From: Candidatus Doudnabacteria bacterium
GTDB lineage: Bacteria; Patescibacteriota; Dojkabacteria; J137; JAEUSD01
Length of the DNA: 59,647 nucleotides
NCBI GenBank assembly: GCA_016788825.1
Contig: JAEUSD010000004.1
Span: 1 to 59,647, forward strand
Reading direction: 5' to 3'
This document shows, piece by piece, positions 1 to 9,443 of this stretch. The number at the start of each line of letters is the position of its first letter. Position 1 is the first letter of the stretch. Both the position numbers and the translations under genes were made by a program. Below the pieces are notes generated by a model. The model saw only the letters and a list, made by a program, of their open reading frames with translations. It had not been told where the DNA came from and did not search any database.

Positions 1-422
1 ATGGTGTGCCCAGCCCGCTACAGAGCGTCGCCCATGTTTCTGTCGAATCTGCGACAAGTGTCCTAATCAAGCCATATTATATGGACAAGGCGCTGTTGGA
101 AGAGATCGTGAAGGTGGTGAATCAGCTGAACTTGGGTTTCAATCCCCAGATAGACTCGGACAAAGTGCGAGTGAATATTCCGCCTATGACAGAAGAGCGT
201 AGAAAAGAAACAGTCAAAGAACTGGGCAATATGCTTGAAGAATCAAAAACTACGATCCGCCAAATACGTCAGAAATACATAACAGATGTGAAAGAGCTTG
301 AAGGGGTGTCTGAGGATGAGCAAGATCGAGATCAAAAAGAGATTCAAAAGCATATCGATGCAGCAAACGCCAAACTGAAGGATGCCGCAGATAAAAAAGA
401 AGCTGAGCTCACAACCCTCTAA
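1..422 (+). CDS. frr: ribosome recycling factor, C-terminal part (5' end lies outside the window)
   Basis: The open frame runs off the left edge. VRVNIPPMTEERRKE...TIRQIRQKY matches the RRF family. Stop TAA 420-422 overlaps the next ATG. Confidence 0.9.
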   Translation, partial: GVPSPLQSVAHVSVESATSVLIKPYYMDKALLEEIVKVVNQLNLGFNPQIDSDKVRVNIPPMTEERRKETVKELGNMLEESKTTIRQIRQKYITDVKELEGVSEDEQDRDQKEIQKHIDAANAKLKDAADKKEAELTTL

Positions 423-1588
423 TGCCCGAAGTACTAAACACTCTGATTACAATTGTTTCCTTCATCCTGATTCTGGGGATACTTGTGTTTATCCATGAGT
501 TAGGTCATTACCTAGCTGCTAGGCTGATGCGCGTCCACGTGGAAGAGTTTGCATTTGGTTTTGGAATGAGTTTGTGGAGCAGGAAGATCGGCAAAACAGT
601 CTACAAGATCAATTTGCTGCCATTTGGTGGCTACGTGAAGCTGCAAGGTGAAAAATACGATCCCAACGACCAGCGAGACGATAGTTATACCCATAAATCT
701 GTTTATGCGAAGCTGTTTATCTTGTTGGCTGGTATTACTATGAATATACTCTTGGCGATCTTTTTGTTTGCAATCTTCTTGGGCACTGCAGGCTATCAGC
801 AAGCTTTCCGAGCGATAACAGATTTTGATTTTGTTGGGGTGCAGTCGAGTAAGATCGCCCTTGTAGTTTCTAACGTAGAACCGGGGGCGCCGGCGGATGG
901 TAATTTGAAATCTGGAGATGTCATCCTGAAGGCTGATGATCGAGATTTCGCTTATTTGGGCGAATTTAAAGAGATTTTGGCGCAAAAAGAGGGTGGTAGC
1001 ATAACCTTAGAGGTTACAGATATTGAGTCCTTAGCCGGCGCCCCCCGACAGGTCACTTTGAACTTGCGTGATCAGTCTGAAGGAAAGCCACTCTTGGGGG
1101 TAGGATATATAAGCATGTATATAATCGATTACCCGGCAAGTGTGATCTCAGCTATTCCGCATACTTGGAATATGTTCTCTTATCAGCTGGTGTCATTGAG
1201 ACAATTGATTGATGATTCTATTGCTTCGCAAGATGCCCAGATTGCTTTACAGGAAGTCGGTGGGGTGATCGCAGTGGGGAATCTAGTTGGACAAGTTGTT
1301 TCATTAGGTGATTACTTAGCGTTACTAAATCTTACGGCATTGCTGAGTGTGGCACTGGCTTTCTTCAATGTTTTGCCGTTTCCGCTATTGGATGGTGGGC
1401 AGGCAACCTTAGAAATCCTCCAGGCGCTGATGCGGAGACGTATTCCTGACAAGTACCTCAATGTTATAAACACCATTGGGTTGGTATTCTTGTTGGGATT
1501 AAGCGTCTTGATAACTTTTAAAGATGCATTGCAATTTAATTTAATCCAGGGGATTTTGGAGCAGGTTAGGTCTGTTTTTGGACGCTAA
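422..1588 (+). CDS. rseP: RIP site-2 metalloprotease (M50 family, RseP-like)
   Basis: HELGHY zinc motif in the first TM region, central PDZ-like segment (GAPADGNLKSGDVILK), C-terminal NVLPFPLLDGG motif, several TM helices. Confidence 0.85.
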   Translation: MPEVLNTLITIVSFILILGILVFIHELGHYLAARLMRVHVEEFAFGFGMSLWSRKIGKTVYKINLLPFGGYVKLQGEKYDPNDQRDDSYTHKSVYAKLFILLAGITMNILLAIFLFAIFLGTAGYQQAFRAITDFDFVGVQSSKIALVVSNVEPGAPADGNLKSGDVILKADDRDFAYLGEFKEILAQKEGGSITLEVTDIESLAGAPRQVTLNLRDQSEGKPLLGVGYISMYIIDYPASVISAIPHTWNMFSYQLVSLRQLIDDSIASQDAQIALQEVGGVIAVGNLVGQVVSLGDYLALLNLTALLSVALAFFNVLPFPLLDGGQATLEILQALMRRRIPDKYLNVINTIGLVFLLGLSVLITFKDALQFNLIQGILEQVRSVFGR

Positions 1589-1630
1589 TCTGTGTTAGAA
1601 TTCCCACGCTCGATTCATTAATAAATAATT

Positions 1631-1843
1631 ATGGCAGTAATTGTTCACGATGATATGCCCGTAGATCAAGCTCTGAGAATGTTGTGGAGAGAAGCAAACA
1701 GAGAGGGTGTAATCGAAAAGTTAAAAGAAATAAGGTATTACGTAAAGCCAACCAGTATCAAGCATACTGTGAAGAGGGCTTATGCTAAGACCAAGAGACG
1801 TAGGGCACGTGCTAAGCGTCGTGCCGCAAATAAAGGACACTAA
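1631..1843 (+). CDS. rpsU: 30S ribosomal protein S21
   Basis: 70-aa very basic protein with an S21-like N-terminus and a KTKRRRARAKRR tail. Confidence 0.8.
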   Translation: MAVIVHDDMPVDQALRMLWREANREGVIEKLKEIRYYVKPTSIKHTVKRAYAKTKRRRARAKRRAANKGH

Positions 1844-1872
1844 TTGGTGTCCTAAAACTAATCTTTCCTTCA

Positions 1873-3312
1873 ATGGCTGACGTTCTTTACCGTAAATATC
1901 GGCCACATACTTTTGCTGAAATTAAGGGACAGTCAGTTACAGTGAGTATTCTCAAGCAAGCTGTGGCCACTGACAAGCTATCTCATGCATTCTTATTTTC
2001 TGGTCCACGCGGGACTGGTAAGACTTCTACAGCAAGGGTTCTAGCAAAGGCCGCCAATTGTTTACATCTAAAGAAGGATGGTGATGTGTGTGGTGAGTGT
2101 GCGGTTTGTAAAGAGATAGATAATGGCAGCTTTCCTGATTTGGTTGAAATAGACGCTGCATCAAACCGGGGAATTGATGAGGTGCGGCTCCTGAAAGAAC
2201 AGGTCAATTTTCTCCCTGTAAGGGGCAAAAGAAAGGTGTATATCATTGATGAGGTACATATGATGACCAAAGAGGCTTTTAATGCCCTCTTGAAGCTTCT
2301 GGAAGAACCTCCTACCCATGCCATATTCATTTTGGCTACCACAGAGATTCACAAAGTCCCAATTACGATTTTATCGCGGGTGCAGCGCTACGACTTTATG
2401 CTTGCTGAGCAGTTGGAGCTTTCTGCGAAACTGAAGATGATTGCTGATAATGAGCAAGTAGAGGTGGAAGATTTAGTTTGGGATCTAATATTTCAGTTCA
2501 GCCAAGGAAGTTTCCGTGATGCAGAGACATTGCTAATGAAAATTATGCAATTGAAGTCTGCTGACGGCAAAGTGTCTGTTGCGGAGGCGGAGTCTGTTTT
2601 GGGGGTTGCTCCAACTACAGAAGTTACCTCCATAGCGGAGGCTTTACTAAGAGGGCATTCGGTTCAGGAGGTTATGCGGACGTTGAATGATTTTTCGAGT
2701 CGTGGTGGCAATTTGGTTTACCTAGCAAAGCAAATAGCGTCCCATATCCGCCAGGGCCTTGTAGAGGAAAAAGAGCCGATCAGCAAACGGCTATCTCAAG
2801 TGCTGAATATGCTGATAAGCATTCAATCGGAAGCTAAATTTATTGACGATGTTCGAATGCTTTGGGATGTCGGCTTGCTTAAGGTCTTCTCCGAACTCCA
2901 ACCACAGATGAAGGGTGGGGGCGACGCGCCTAAGTCCGATATACCGTCACAAAAGGGTAACATGCCGTCGCACAGCGTTAAAAAAACGCAGGTTGAACAG
3001 CAACCAGTACAGGTGAGTTCTTCAGAGGTAGTACAGGCGGGTGGTCAGTGGGAAAAGTTCTTATTGGTTGCTAGAAAAGTGGATCTAAAGCTATGGACAT
3101 GTTTGCAAGGGGCAATTTATGATCATGAGCGCAACGTTGTGGTTGTGCCTGGCAGTTATGCATTTGAAGAATTACAAAAAGATACGATGAGGGGAAAGCT
3201 CGATAAGGCTGCAAATCAGATATTTGGGGCTACTATTAGTGGGATAGAGATGTCCAAAAATGCTATTATGGGTGAGAGTTCTAATGCAGAGCTCGTAGAG
3301 TCAATACTTTAA
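1873..3312 (+). CDS. dnaX: DNA polymerase III subunit gamma/tau
   Basis: Walker A GPRGTGKTS, zinc module CGECAVC, Walker B YIIDEVHM, SRVQRY sensor, and dnaX-ybaB-recR synteny. Confidence 0.92.
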   Translation: MADVLYRKYRPHTFAEIKGQSVTVSILKQAVATDKLSHAFLFSGPRGTGKTSTARVLAKAANCLHLKKDGDVCGECAVCKEIDNGSFPDLVEIDAASNRGIDEVRLLKEQVNFLPVRGKRKVYIIDEVHMMTKEAFNALLKLLEEPPTHAIFILATTEIHKVPITILSRVQRYDFMLAEQLELSAKLKMIADNEQVEVEDLVWDLIFQFSQGSFRDAETLLMKIMQLKSADGKVSVAEAESVLGVAPTTEVTSIAEALLRGHSVQEVMRTLNDFSSRGGNLVYLAKQIASHIRQGLVEEKEPISKRLSQVLNMLISIQSEAKFIDDVRMLWDVGLLKVFSELQPQMKGGGDAPKSDIPSQKGNMPSHSVKKTQVEQQPVQVSSSEVVQAGGQWEKFLLVARKVDLKLWTCLQGAIYDHERNVVVVPGSYAFEELQKDTMRGKLDKAANQIFGATISGIEMSKNAIMGESSNAELVESIL

Positions 3313-3330
3313 ATTTTTAAGAAAATCATC

Positions 3331-3630
3331 ATGGGAGTAATCGATATGGCAAAAATGATCCGCAAGGCTCAACAGACAAGAAAGACAATGTCTAAGATCA
3401 TGGCTGCTGGTAAATCTAAATCTCAGAATACAACAATTTTGCTAAATGGATTGACTGAAATCGAAGATATTGAATTTGGAGACTTGCTGTTTGCGGATGG
3501 GAATAAAGAGGTGTTGAAACAACAGATCAAAAAAGAGGTGATTGAGGCATTCAAAGACGCAAAGAAAAACCTGGAGACACAGCTTTCACAAAGCATGGAC
3601 CTAGATAGCATCCGCGATATGTTGTCATGA
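3331..3630 (+). CDS. ybaB: YbaB/EbfC-type nucleoid-associated protein (probable)
   Basis: 99-aa protein in the conserved slot between dnaX and recR. The sequence is only weakly YbaB-like. The start could instead be Met at 3346. Confidence 0.65.
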   Translation: MGVIDMAKMIRKAQQTRKTMSKIMAAGKSKSQNTTILLNGLTEIEDIEFGDLLFADGNKEVLKQQIKKEVIEAFKDAKKNLETQLSQSMDLDSIRDMLS

Positions 3631-4244
3631 GCGCCCCAATTCTTCCATCTGCAATTACAGATTTATCTGATACCCTGAGTAGGCTACCTGGGATTGGCCC
3701 TAAACTGGCGGCCAGATTGGCAGTATACTTGGCGGTAAAGGGGGTGAGAACTAGGGATGAGCTAATTGCAGGTCTGGGAGATGTTGCAGAGAGTATTCAA
3801 GTTTGTTCGCAGTGTGCGAATCTGTCGGAATCCCCCTTGTGTGCGATATGCCTGGACGAAGGTCGGGATAGGTCCAGCGTGCTAGTTGTGGAGACGGTAT
3901 TAGATCTTTACCAGATAGAGAAAGCCGCTATATACAAAGGGTTGTATCTTGTCCTTGGGGGGTTAATATCTCCAGTCAATGGGGTGGGGGTAGCGGATCT
4001 TAACATTGATTTGCTGTGGGATATGTTGGCAAAGTATGAGTGTAAAGAGGTAATAATCGGTTTTAACAATAACGTGGAGGGGGATGCTACCGCGATGTAT
4101 ATCTCTGGACAGGTAGGGGAACGTTTCCCAGGGATAAAAACTTCTCGGCTCGCAAGAGGATTAGGTGCCGGGATAAGTTTAGAGTATATTGACCCTTCTT
4201 CGCTTCAGGGGGCGTTTCAGAATAGATCTTCAGTTAGCAATTGA
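3627..4244 (+). CDS. recR: recombination protein RecR
   Basis: HhH N-terminus (LPGIGPKLA), C4 zinc finger CSQCANLSESPLCAIC, Toprim-like C-terminal half, ATGA overlap with the upstream gene. Confidence 0.92.
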   Translation: MSAPILPSAITDLSDTLSRLPGIGPKLAARLAVYLAVKGVRTRDELIAGLGDVAESIQVCSQCANLSESPLCAICLDEGRDRSSVLVVETVLDLYQIEKAAIYKGLYLVLGGLISPVNGVGVADLNIDLLWDMLAKYECKEVIIGFNNNVEGDATAMYISGQVGERFPGIKTSRLARGLGAGISLEYIDPSSLQGAFQNRSSVSN

Positions 4245-4518
4245 TCCATCACAACAGTAGCGATACGCTATAGGTACGATTTCGGGTGCGAAGGTTCCTC
4301 CTTCTTTCGTAAGATATTTCGGCGAGTTATAACCATATTGTAGTTGCTATTTGACATGTTGTATTTTCGATAGATCCTATAGAGTAGAACCTGCCATCTG
4401 GGATGAATATATACCATTTCTTGGCAGTTAAGCCTTATATTTGTTGCAGCGATTTTCATTGAATCATGAGCCCTTTTTTGCTAATATTCCAAGCGTTTAA
4501 ATAAGAAAATAAAAACAT

Positions 4519-4887
4519 ATGGCGAAAGCAAAGAAAAATGTAGTAGAGACAGAGCAGTCGGGTGGTGAGGTGGTTTTGAAGAGTTATGAGTTAGCCTTAT
4601 TGGTGAAGCCATTGCTACCTTTTGATGTACAACAGAAAGTAATTAGCCCACTTACTGAGTTTGTAAAGAAGTCGGGTGGTGCAATGACTCCAGTTAAGGA
4701 TGACGCAGGTAAAGATATAGAGCTAGCTAAGAAACACCTTGCTTACCCAATAAAGAAGCATGAAGAAGGTTACTACGGATTCTATAGTCTACAGTTGCCT
4801 GCAAATAAAGCTAAGGAGTTGGAGAGGCAGCTCAAGTTCAACACAGATGTGTTAAGGTTTTTGCTTATTTCGGAAGATAAACTATAA
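4519..4887 (+). CDS. rpsF: 30S ribosomal protein S6
   Basis: First gene of the conserved rpsF-ssb-rpsR cluster, with S6-like length and pattern (YELALLVKP...). Confidence 0.8.
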   Translation: MAKAKKNVVETEQSGGEVVLKSYELALLVKPLLPFDVQQKVISPLTEFVKKSGGAMTPVKDDAGKDIELAKKHLAYPIKKHEEGYYGFYSLQLPANKAKELERQLKFNTDVLRFLLISEDKL

Positions 4888-4901
4888 GGATTGTATTTTG
4901 A

Positions 4902-5324
4902 ATGTCAAAGTCACGTTCATTAAATAAAGTCCAGTTGATTGGGAATCTCACTAGGGATCCGGTACTGAAGAAGACAGCAAATGGAGTTACCGTCTGCACA
5001 TTTGGGATGGCAACAAACTCAAGTTGGAAGGATGCTCAGGGAGAGACTAAAGAGCGAGCCGAGTTCCACAGTATTGTGGCTTGGAATAAGATGGCAGAAG
5101 TGTGTGCGCAGTTGCTGTCGGTGGGAATGCTTGTTTTTGTAGAAGGAGAGTTGAGAACGAATGTTACTGAAGATGAGGCTGGTGGAAAGAAGTATCGTAC
5201 AGAAATAAAAATGAATGATATGATCTTGCTGGATTCTAAGGGGAAGACCGGGGTTGGGGTTGATTCGGAAGAAGATGTGCAACCAGAACAAGAAAATACT
5301 GGTGAAGAAGTAAATTTATTTTAG
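4902..5324 (+). CDS. ssb: single-stranded DNA-binding protein
   Basis: OB-fold N-terminus LNKVQLIGNLTRDP, and an acidic C-terminal tail ending EEVNLF. Confidence 0.92.
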   Translation: MSKSRSLNKVQLIGNLTRDPVLKKTANGVTVCTFGMATNSSWKDAQGETKERAEFHSIVAWNKMAEVCAQLLSVGMLVFVEGELRTNVTEDEAGGKKYRTEIKMNDMILLDSKGKTGVGVDSEEDVQPEQENTGEEVNLF

Positions 5325-5342
5325 TAGTTCATAATTAAGAGT

Positions 5343-5591
5343 ATGAAAAAAGATACGAGAAAGAAACGCAAACAGAAACCAGTGAGGTTAAATCTTCCTT
5401 GTCCATTCAACGGTAATCCCGATTTGATTGACTATAAAGATACTTACAAACTGAAGAAGTTTGTTACAACAAGAGGAAGACTTCTTCCTACTTCCAAGAC
5501 TGGTGTTTCTACGAAATGCCAAAGGAAACTAGCATTGTCTGTAAAGCGCGCGCGCTATATGGCCATGCTGCCTTACGTGCATTACGTGTAA
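5343..5591 (+). CDS. rpsR: 30S ribosomal protein S18
   Basis: Small basic protein with FVTTRGRLLPTSKTGVSTKCQRKL, typical of S18. It follows ssb. Confidence 0.88.
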   Translation: MKKDTRKKRKQKPVRLNLPCPFNGNPDLIDYKDTYKLKKFVTTRGRLLPTSKTGVSTKCQRKLALSVKRARYMAMLPYVHYV

Positions 5592-5643
5592 TTTCCCAAA
5601 AACAATCGCATAGCATATAATGGTCTTTGTCTAAAGTTTTGCT

Positions 5644-6849
5644 ATGCCTTCAGATAGTGTAATTAAAAACCGAAATTACGCAGTGGTAGTAATACTAGTC
5701 GCGTTTGCTTTTGGCGCTGGCCTCTTAGTTGGATCCAACTCACCTTCGCCAGTGACTGGTGGGGCGAACTTCTTCGATGGTGCTTACCTGCAAAAGATAT
5801 ACAGCAATATAAAAGCTGAGTACATAAATGAACTTCCAAGTACAACAGATATTACCCGAGGAATGGCCAAAGGCCTAGTTGAGTCTCTTGGAGATAAGTA
5901 TTCAAGTTATCTATCGCCCCAAGAAGCCGCCGACTATTTAGAAGGGAACGATTCCGCATTTGAAGGGATCGGTGTACAGCTAGATTTTAATGGTAGTTAT
6001 ACCTTTGTGCTGAGCCCTCTAGATGGTTACCCTGGGCAGAAGGCTGGTTTGTTGGCTGGGGACTTAATCTTAGAGGTAGATGGGTCAGACGTCTCCGGTA
6101 TTAGGCCAGAATTAGTTGCGACGAAAATTCGAGGACAGGCTGGTACTAAGGTCAAATTGACTGTGTATCGAGAAGCTGAGGCTAAAGCTCTTGATTTTGA
6201 AATCACCCGCGAGCGCATAGATTTGGAGAATATTACGTTTGAGAAGCTGGATAATGGCGTTGTGAGGATAGATATAGTCAAGTTTACAGAGGGTAGGGAA
6301 GAAGGGAAAGATCCGGTAAAAGTGTTCAACGATGCTTGGGATAAGGTTGCAAATCAAGTAAAAAGCTTGTCGCCCTCTGCTATTGTTTTGGACCTTAGGA
6401 ATAACCCTGGAGGTTACGTAGACTCTGTGAAATATGTGGCAGAAGAGTTCTTGTCCAAGGGTAATATTATTATGCAGGAAGAAGACAAACAGGGAAGCAG
6501 AGAGCAGATTAGGGATTACCGTGATGGGAAGTTTGAAACTGTTCCTCTGGTTGTACTGGTAAATGAAGGTTCTGCTTCGGCCTCAGAGATCTTGGCTGCG
6601 GCCATTCAGGAGAATGGCCGCGGAAAGGTAGTTGGTATGCCTACTGTGGGTAAAGGGGTAGAGCAAAAAGTACTTCCATTGGATGATGATGGCCTTTTAT
6701 TCTTGGTATTTAAACGCTGGTTGACTCCAAAAGCAAACCAGCTATCTCCAGAGTCACCTGTTACCCCAGATGTAGAGGTAAAATTTGACCCAGCAGTTGG
6801 AACTGATAACCAGTTGACTCGGGCGCTTGAATCATTGGCGGGCAATTAG
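5644..6849 (+). CDS. S41 family carboxy-terminal processing peptidase
   Basis: N-terminal TM anchor, PDZ segment (GYPGQKAGLLAGDLILEVDG), S41 motifs NNPGGY and GSASASEI. Confidence 0.85.
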   Translation: MPSDSVIKNRNYAVVVILVAFAFGAGLLVGSNSPSPVTGGANFFDGAYLQKIYSNIKAEYINELPSTTDITRGMAKGLVESLGDKYSSYLSPQEAADYLEGNDSAFEGIGVQLDFNGSYTFVLSPLDGYPGQKAGLLAGDLILEVDGSDVSGIRPELVATKIRGQAGTKVKLTVYREAEAKALDFEITRERIDLENITFEKLDNGVVRIDIVKFTEGREEGKDPVKVFNDAWDKVANQVKSLSPSAIVLDLRNNPGGYVDSVKYVAEEFLSKGNIIMQEEDKQGSREQIRDYRDGKFETVPLVVLVNEGSASASEILAAAIQENGRGKVVGMPTVGKGVEQKVLPLDDDGLLFLVFKRWLTPKANQLSPESPVTPDVEVKFDPAVGTDNQLTRALESLAGN

Positions 6850-7731
6850 GAAGCGTTCTCGCCCGAATTGATCTGGTAAGATGACTACTTCTCTGTATAA
6901 ATTTAGCTGTTCTACTGCGTTTTTTAGCTTACTCACAGTGCTTGGGGAAGCCTCAAAGAAAAGCGAGGCAGGAACCTCCAGGTGGTTAACGTAGCTAAGA
7001 ATGCTTTTGTATACCTCTAGACCGTCAGGACCACCATCTAATGCTATTTGAGGTTCGTAATTCTTCACGCTGGGGGGTAATCCGGCCATCTCTGCACTTG
7101 TTATATATGGTGCATTAGCAATAATATGTGTCGGCCGCGCCGCAGGCGCGGCCTGATAATCCTTGATATCACTATTTATTAGGGTGATTTGGTTTTCCCC
7201 TTCTGTGGCAACAGCTTTGTCATTATTTGTTACGAAATTGATACCCAATTGGGTGCTCAGGTTCAACTGAGCTATTTCCATTGCTGGTAAGCTAATCTCT
7301 AACCCTGTGTATTCGATGTGCGGAGTTAGCTTTTTTAGAGCTACGGCGATGCAGCCACTTCCTACGCCCACTTCTAGGACATTGACTGGTTTATCTTTTG
7401 ATTGGTTGTTTAGATCCGCTACGAGGAGTTGAACCAGGGACTCAGTTTCTACTCTGGGAATCAAAACATCGGGGGTGATCTTTAGTCTGTAGCCCATAAA
7501 CTCAGCTTCTCCGATAATATATTCCAAGGGTTCATCGGATAGGAGTCTGTTGAGTTTCATTGTCAATTTCTTGTACTCATCCTCGCTGACCTCCCTTTCT
7601 GGGTAGGCATGCAATTCGCTACGCTCAATGCCTAGGGTTTTAACTATGAGTGGGACGATGTCTTGCTCGTAATCTGTGCCGGCTATGCGGGCCTGGGAAG
7701 AGAATAGTTGTAGTATCTCCTTGTAATTCAT
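6832..7731 (-). CDS. prmC: release-factor glutamine N5-methyltransferase (PrmC/HemK)
   Basis: SAM motif VLEVGVGSGCI, catalytic NAPY (an NPPY variant), 1-nt ATGA-type junction directly downstream of prfA. Confidence 0.85.
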   Translation of the reverse strand: MNYKEILQLFSSQARIAGTDYEQDIVPLIVKTLGIERSELHAYPEREVSEDEYKKLTMKLNRLLSDEPLEYIIGEAEFMGYRLKITPDVLIPRVETESLVQLLVADLNNQSKDKPVNVLEVGVGSGCIAVALKKLTPHIEYTGLEISLPAMEIAQLNLSTQLGINFVTNNDKAVATEGENQITLINSDIKDYQAAPAARPTHIIANAPYITSAEMAGLPPSVKNYEPQIALDGGPDGLEVYKSILSYVNHLEVPASLFFEASPSTVSKLKNAVEQLNLYREVVILPDQFGRERFLIARQ

Positions 7732-8825
7732 CAGTCTGCGTCTTCTGCGGTAATTACTTGGCCCTGGCTGATACGGTCACGGAGCTCTTTGTTCACTGTT
7801 TTTACAATTTCATCTAGCTCACCTTCGAGTACTTCCTGGATATTAAACCAAGATTTTGAGATTCGATGATCAGTAATCCTACCTTGGGGGAAATTGTAGG
7901 TGCGGATCTTCGCTGACCTGTCTCCGGATTGAATCGCTTGGGACCTGATATCTTTTGTTTTGCTGGCGACTTCTTGTTGGTGTGCTGTATACAGTTTACT
8001 GGCAAGGATGGACATCGCTTTTTCTTTGTTCTTGTGTTGTGAGCGGCTGTCTTGGCAGGTGACGATAATCCCTGTGGGGAGGTGGGTGATTCTTACGGCA
8101 GAGTCGGTCCTATTTACCCCTTGTCCGCCAGCTCCGGATGATCTATATACGTCTACACGGATATCTGAAGCGGGAATATTTACATCGGATTCTGGTATTT
8201 CGGGGAGGATAACGACAGATATTGCTGACGTGTGAATCCGTCCGTTAGCTTCTGTTACCGGGACTCTCTGCACGCGGTGAACACCACTTTCAAATCTAAG
8301 CTTGCCAAAGGCCCCTTTTTCGTCGACACGAAACACTACCTCTTTGATCCCTCCTGTGTCTTCTAGGCTGGTATGGATGCTTTCTATGTCCATGTGTTGA
8401 GTGTTTAGGTAGCGTACATACATCCGATGAACTTCTTCGGCGAATAGGGCGGCTTCAGTTCCACCTGTTCCAGCTCTGATTTCCACAATTGCGGGTCGCT
8501 CGTCATCTGGAAGCTTAAGTGCGGTGAGGTCTTTGAGTTTGCTCTCGAGTTGCTGTATTTGCTCTTGCAGTAATGGTAATTCTGCGGCAGCAGCTTCTGC
8601 CATCTCAGGATCTGAGGTCAAGATCTCGGTGTCAGTTAACTGTTTGCTTAAGGCGGTATATTTGGAATGGGTATCTAAGAAATCTTGCAGATCAATTAGT
8701 TCTTTGTTTAGTTCGCCTGCTTTTTTATAGTCTGAAACGACGGCAGGAGTCTGCAGCTCGGCAAGAATCTCGGTTAGCCTTTTCTGCTTAGTAGAAAGTA
8801 AAGCTGGGTCTATCTCAATCGCCAT
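7731..8825 (-). CDS. prfA: peptide chain release factor 1
   Basis: GGQ motif (SSGAGGQGVNRTDSAVRITHLPTG) and an RF1-type PxT tripeptide (RVPVTE). Confidence 0.95.
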   Translation of the reverse strand: MAIEIDPALLSTKQKRLTEILAELQTPAVVSDYKKAGELNKELIDLQDFLDTHSKYTALSKQLTDTEILTSDPEMAEAAAAELPLLQEQIQQLESKLKDLTALKLPDDERPAIVEIRAGTGGTEAALFAEEVHRMYVRYLNTQHMDIESIHTSLEDTGGIKEVVFRVDEKGAFGKLRFESGVHRVQRVPVTEANGRIHTSAISVVILPEIPESDVNIPASDIRVDVYRSSGAGGQGVNRTDSAVRITHLPTGIIVTCQDSRSQHKNKEKAMSILASKLYTAHQQEVASKTKDIRSQAIQSGDRSAKIRTYNFPQGRITDHRISKSWFNIQEVLEGELDEIVKTVNKELRDRISQGQVITAEDAD

Positions 8826-8858
8826 GCGAAGATTATATCTTAAATCAAAGGGAGGAAG

Positions 8859-9227
8859 CTATTTCTGCTGCAACTGCTTCATCATATCCTTTAGAGTTGG
8901 GGCTTTTGCACTAGTGATTTGAGAAACACTTGAGGTCTTGCGTGCCTCTGCCTTCTTGCGCTTCTTGATTACCAAGTCTTTATTGGCAGCTGAAACGCGG
9001 TCAGTAAAGCGTTTCAATGTATCAAAAGTGTCAACCAACTGGTCTGCTTTTCCGGTGTAGTGTGGGTGGGAAGCAGAGGATATTTGCACATTTACAACGT
9101 TGTGTTCAACACCGTCGATAGATTTTGTGCTCTCTGAGGTGATTGTCGATACGCTAGTAAATTCTGTCTTTGTAGCGCTATCAACAAAGACTACTGGTTT
9201 TGTTTGTGGGTGGATACCTTTTCTCAT
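8859..9227 (-). CDS. rpmE: 50S ribosomal protein L31 (type B, with a Lys-rich C-terminal extension)
   Basis: MRKGIHPQ N-terminus and HPHYTGK motif, with no CxxC zinc motif. About 40 extra C-terminal residues. Confidence 0.8.
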   Translation of the reverse strand: MRKGIHPQTKPVVFVDSATKTEFTSVSTITSESTKSIDGVEHNVVNVQISSASHPHYTGKADQLVDTFDTLKRFTDRVSAANKDLVIKKRKKAEARKTSSVSQITSAKAPTLKDMMKQLQQK

Positions 9228-9373
9228 GCGCGGTGATTATAGCAGCTTGGGCGGTGAGTTGTCGATGAGTCTTATTTGTCTCTGTTATTTTGATTCTTAT
9301 GGCGGTTGAGGGGGTAGTACTTCGTTACTTTAGTGTAGAACAGTAGGTGGTTTTATGTAACTTTTGCACGAAA

Positions 9374-9382
9374 TGTGGATAA
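9374..9382. promoter_or_regulatory. perfect DnaA-box 9-mer (TGTGGATAA = reverse complement of TTATCCACA)
   Basis: Exact match to the consensus, in the rpmE / hypothetical-dnaB intergenic region. Confidence 0.3.
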
Positions 9383-9443
9383 TTGTCGTAAACTGCATCC
9401 GTGTGGTATCTTAGAGATGATTCATATATTAGTACTACGCGAA

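Noticed and set aside
4268-4459. A 63-aa minus-strand ORF in the recR-rpsF gap (very basic, Asn/Arg-rich).
   Set aside because: I recognise no homology. The composition looks like translated AT-rich spacer, and the RBS spacing is only marginal. I cannot support it as a gene, and it would need Ribo-seq or conservation evidence.
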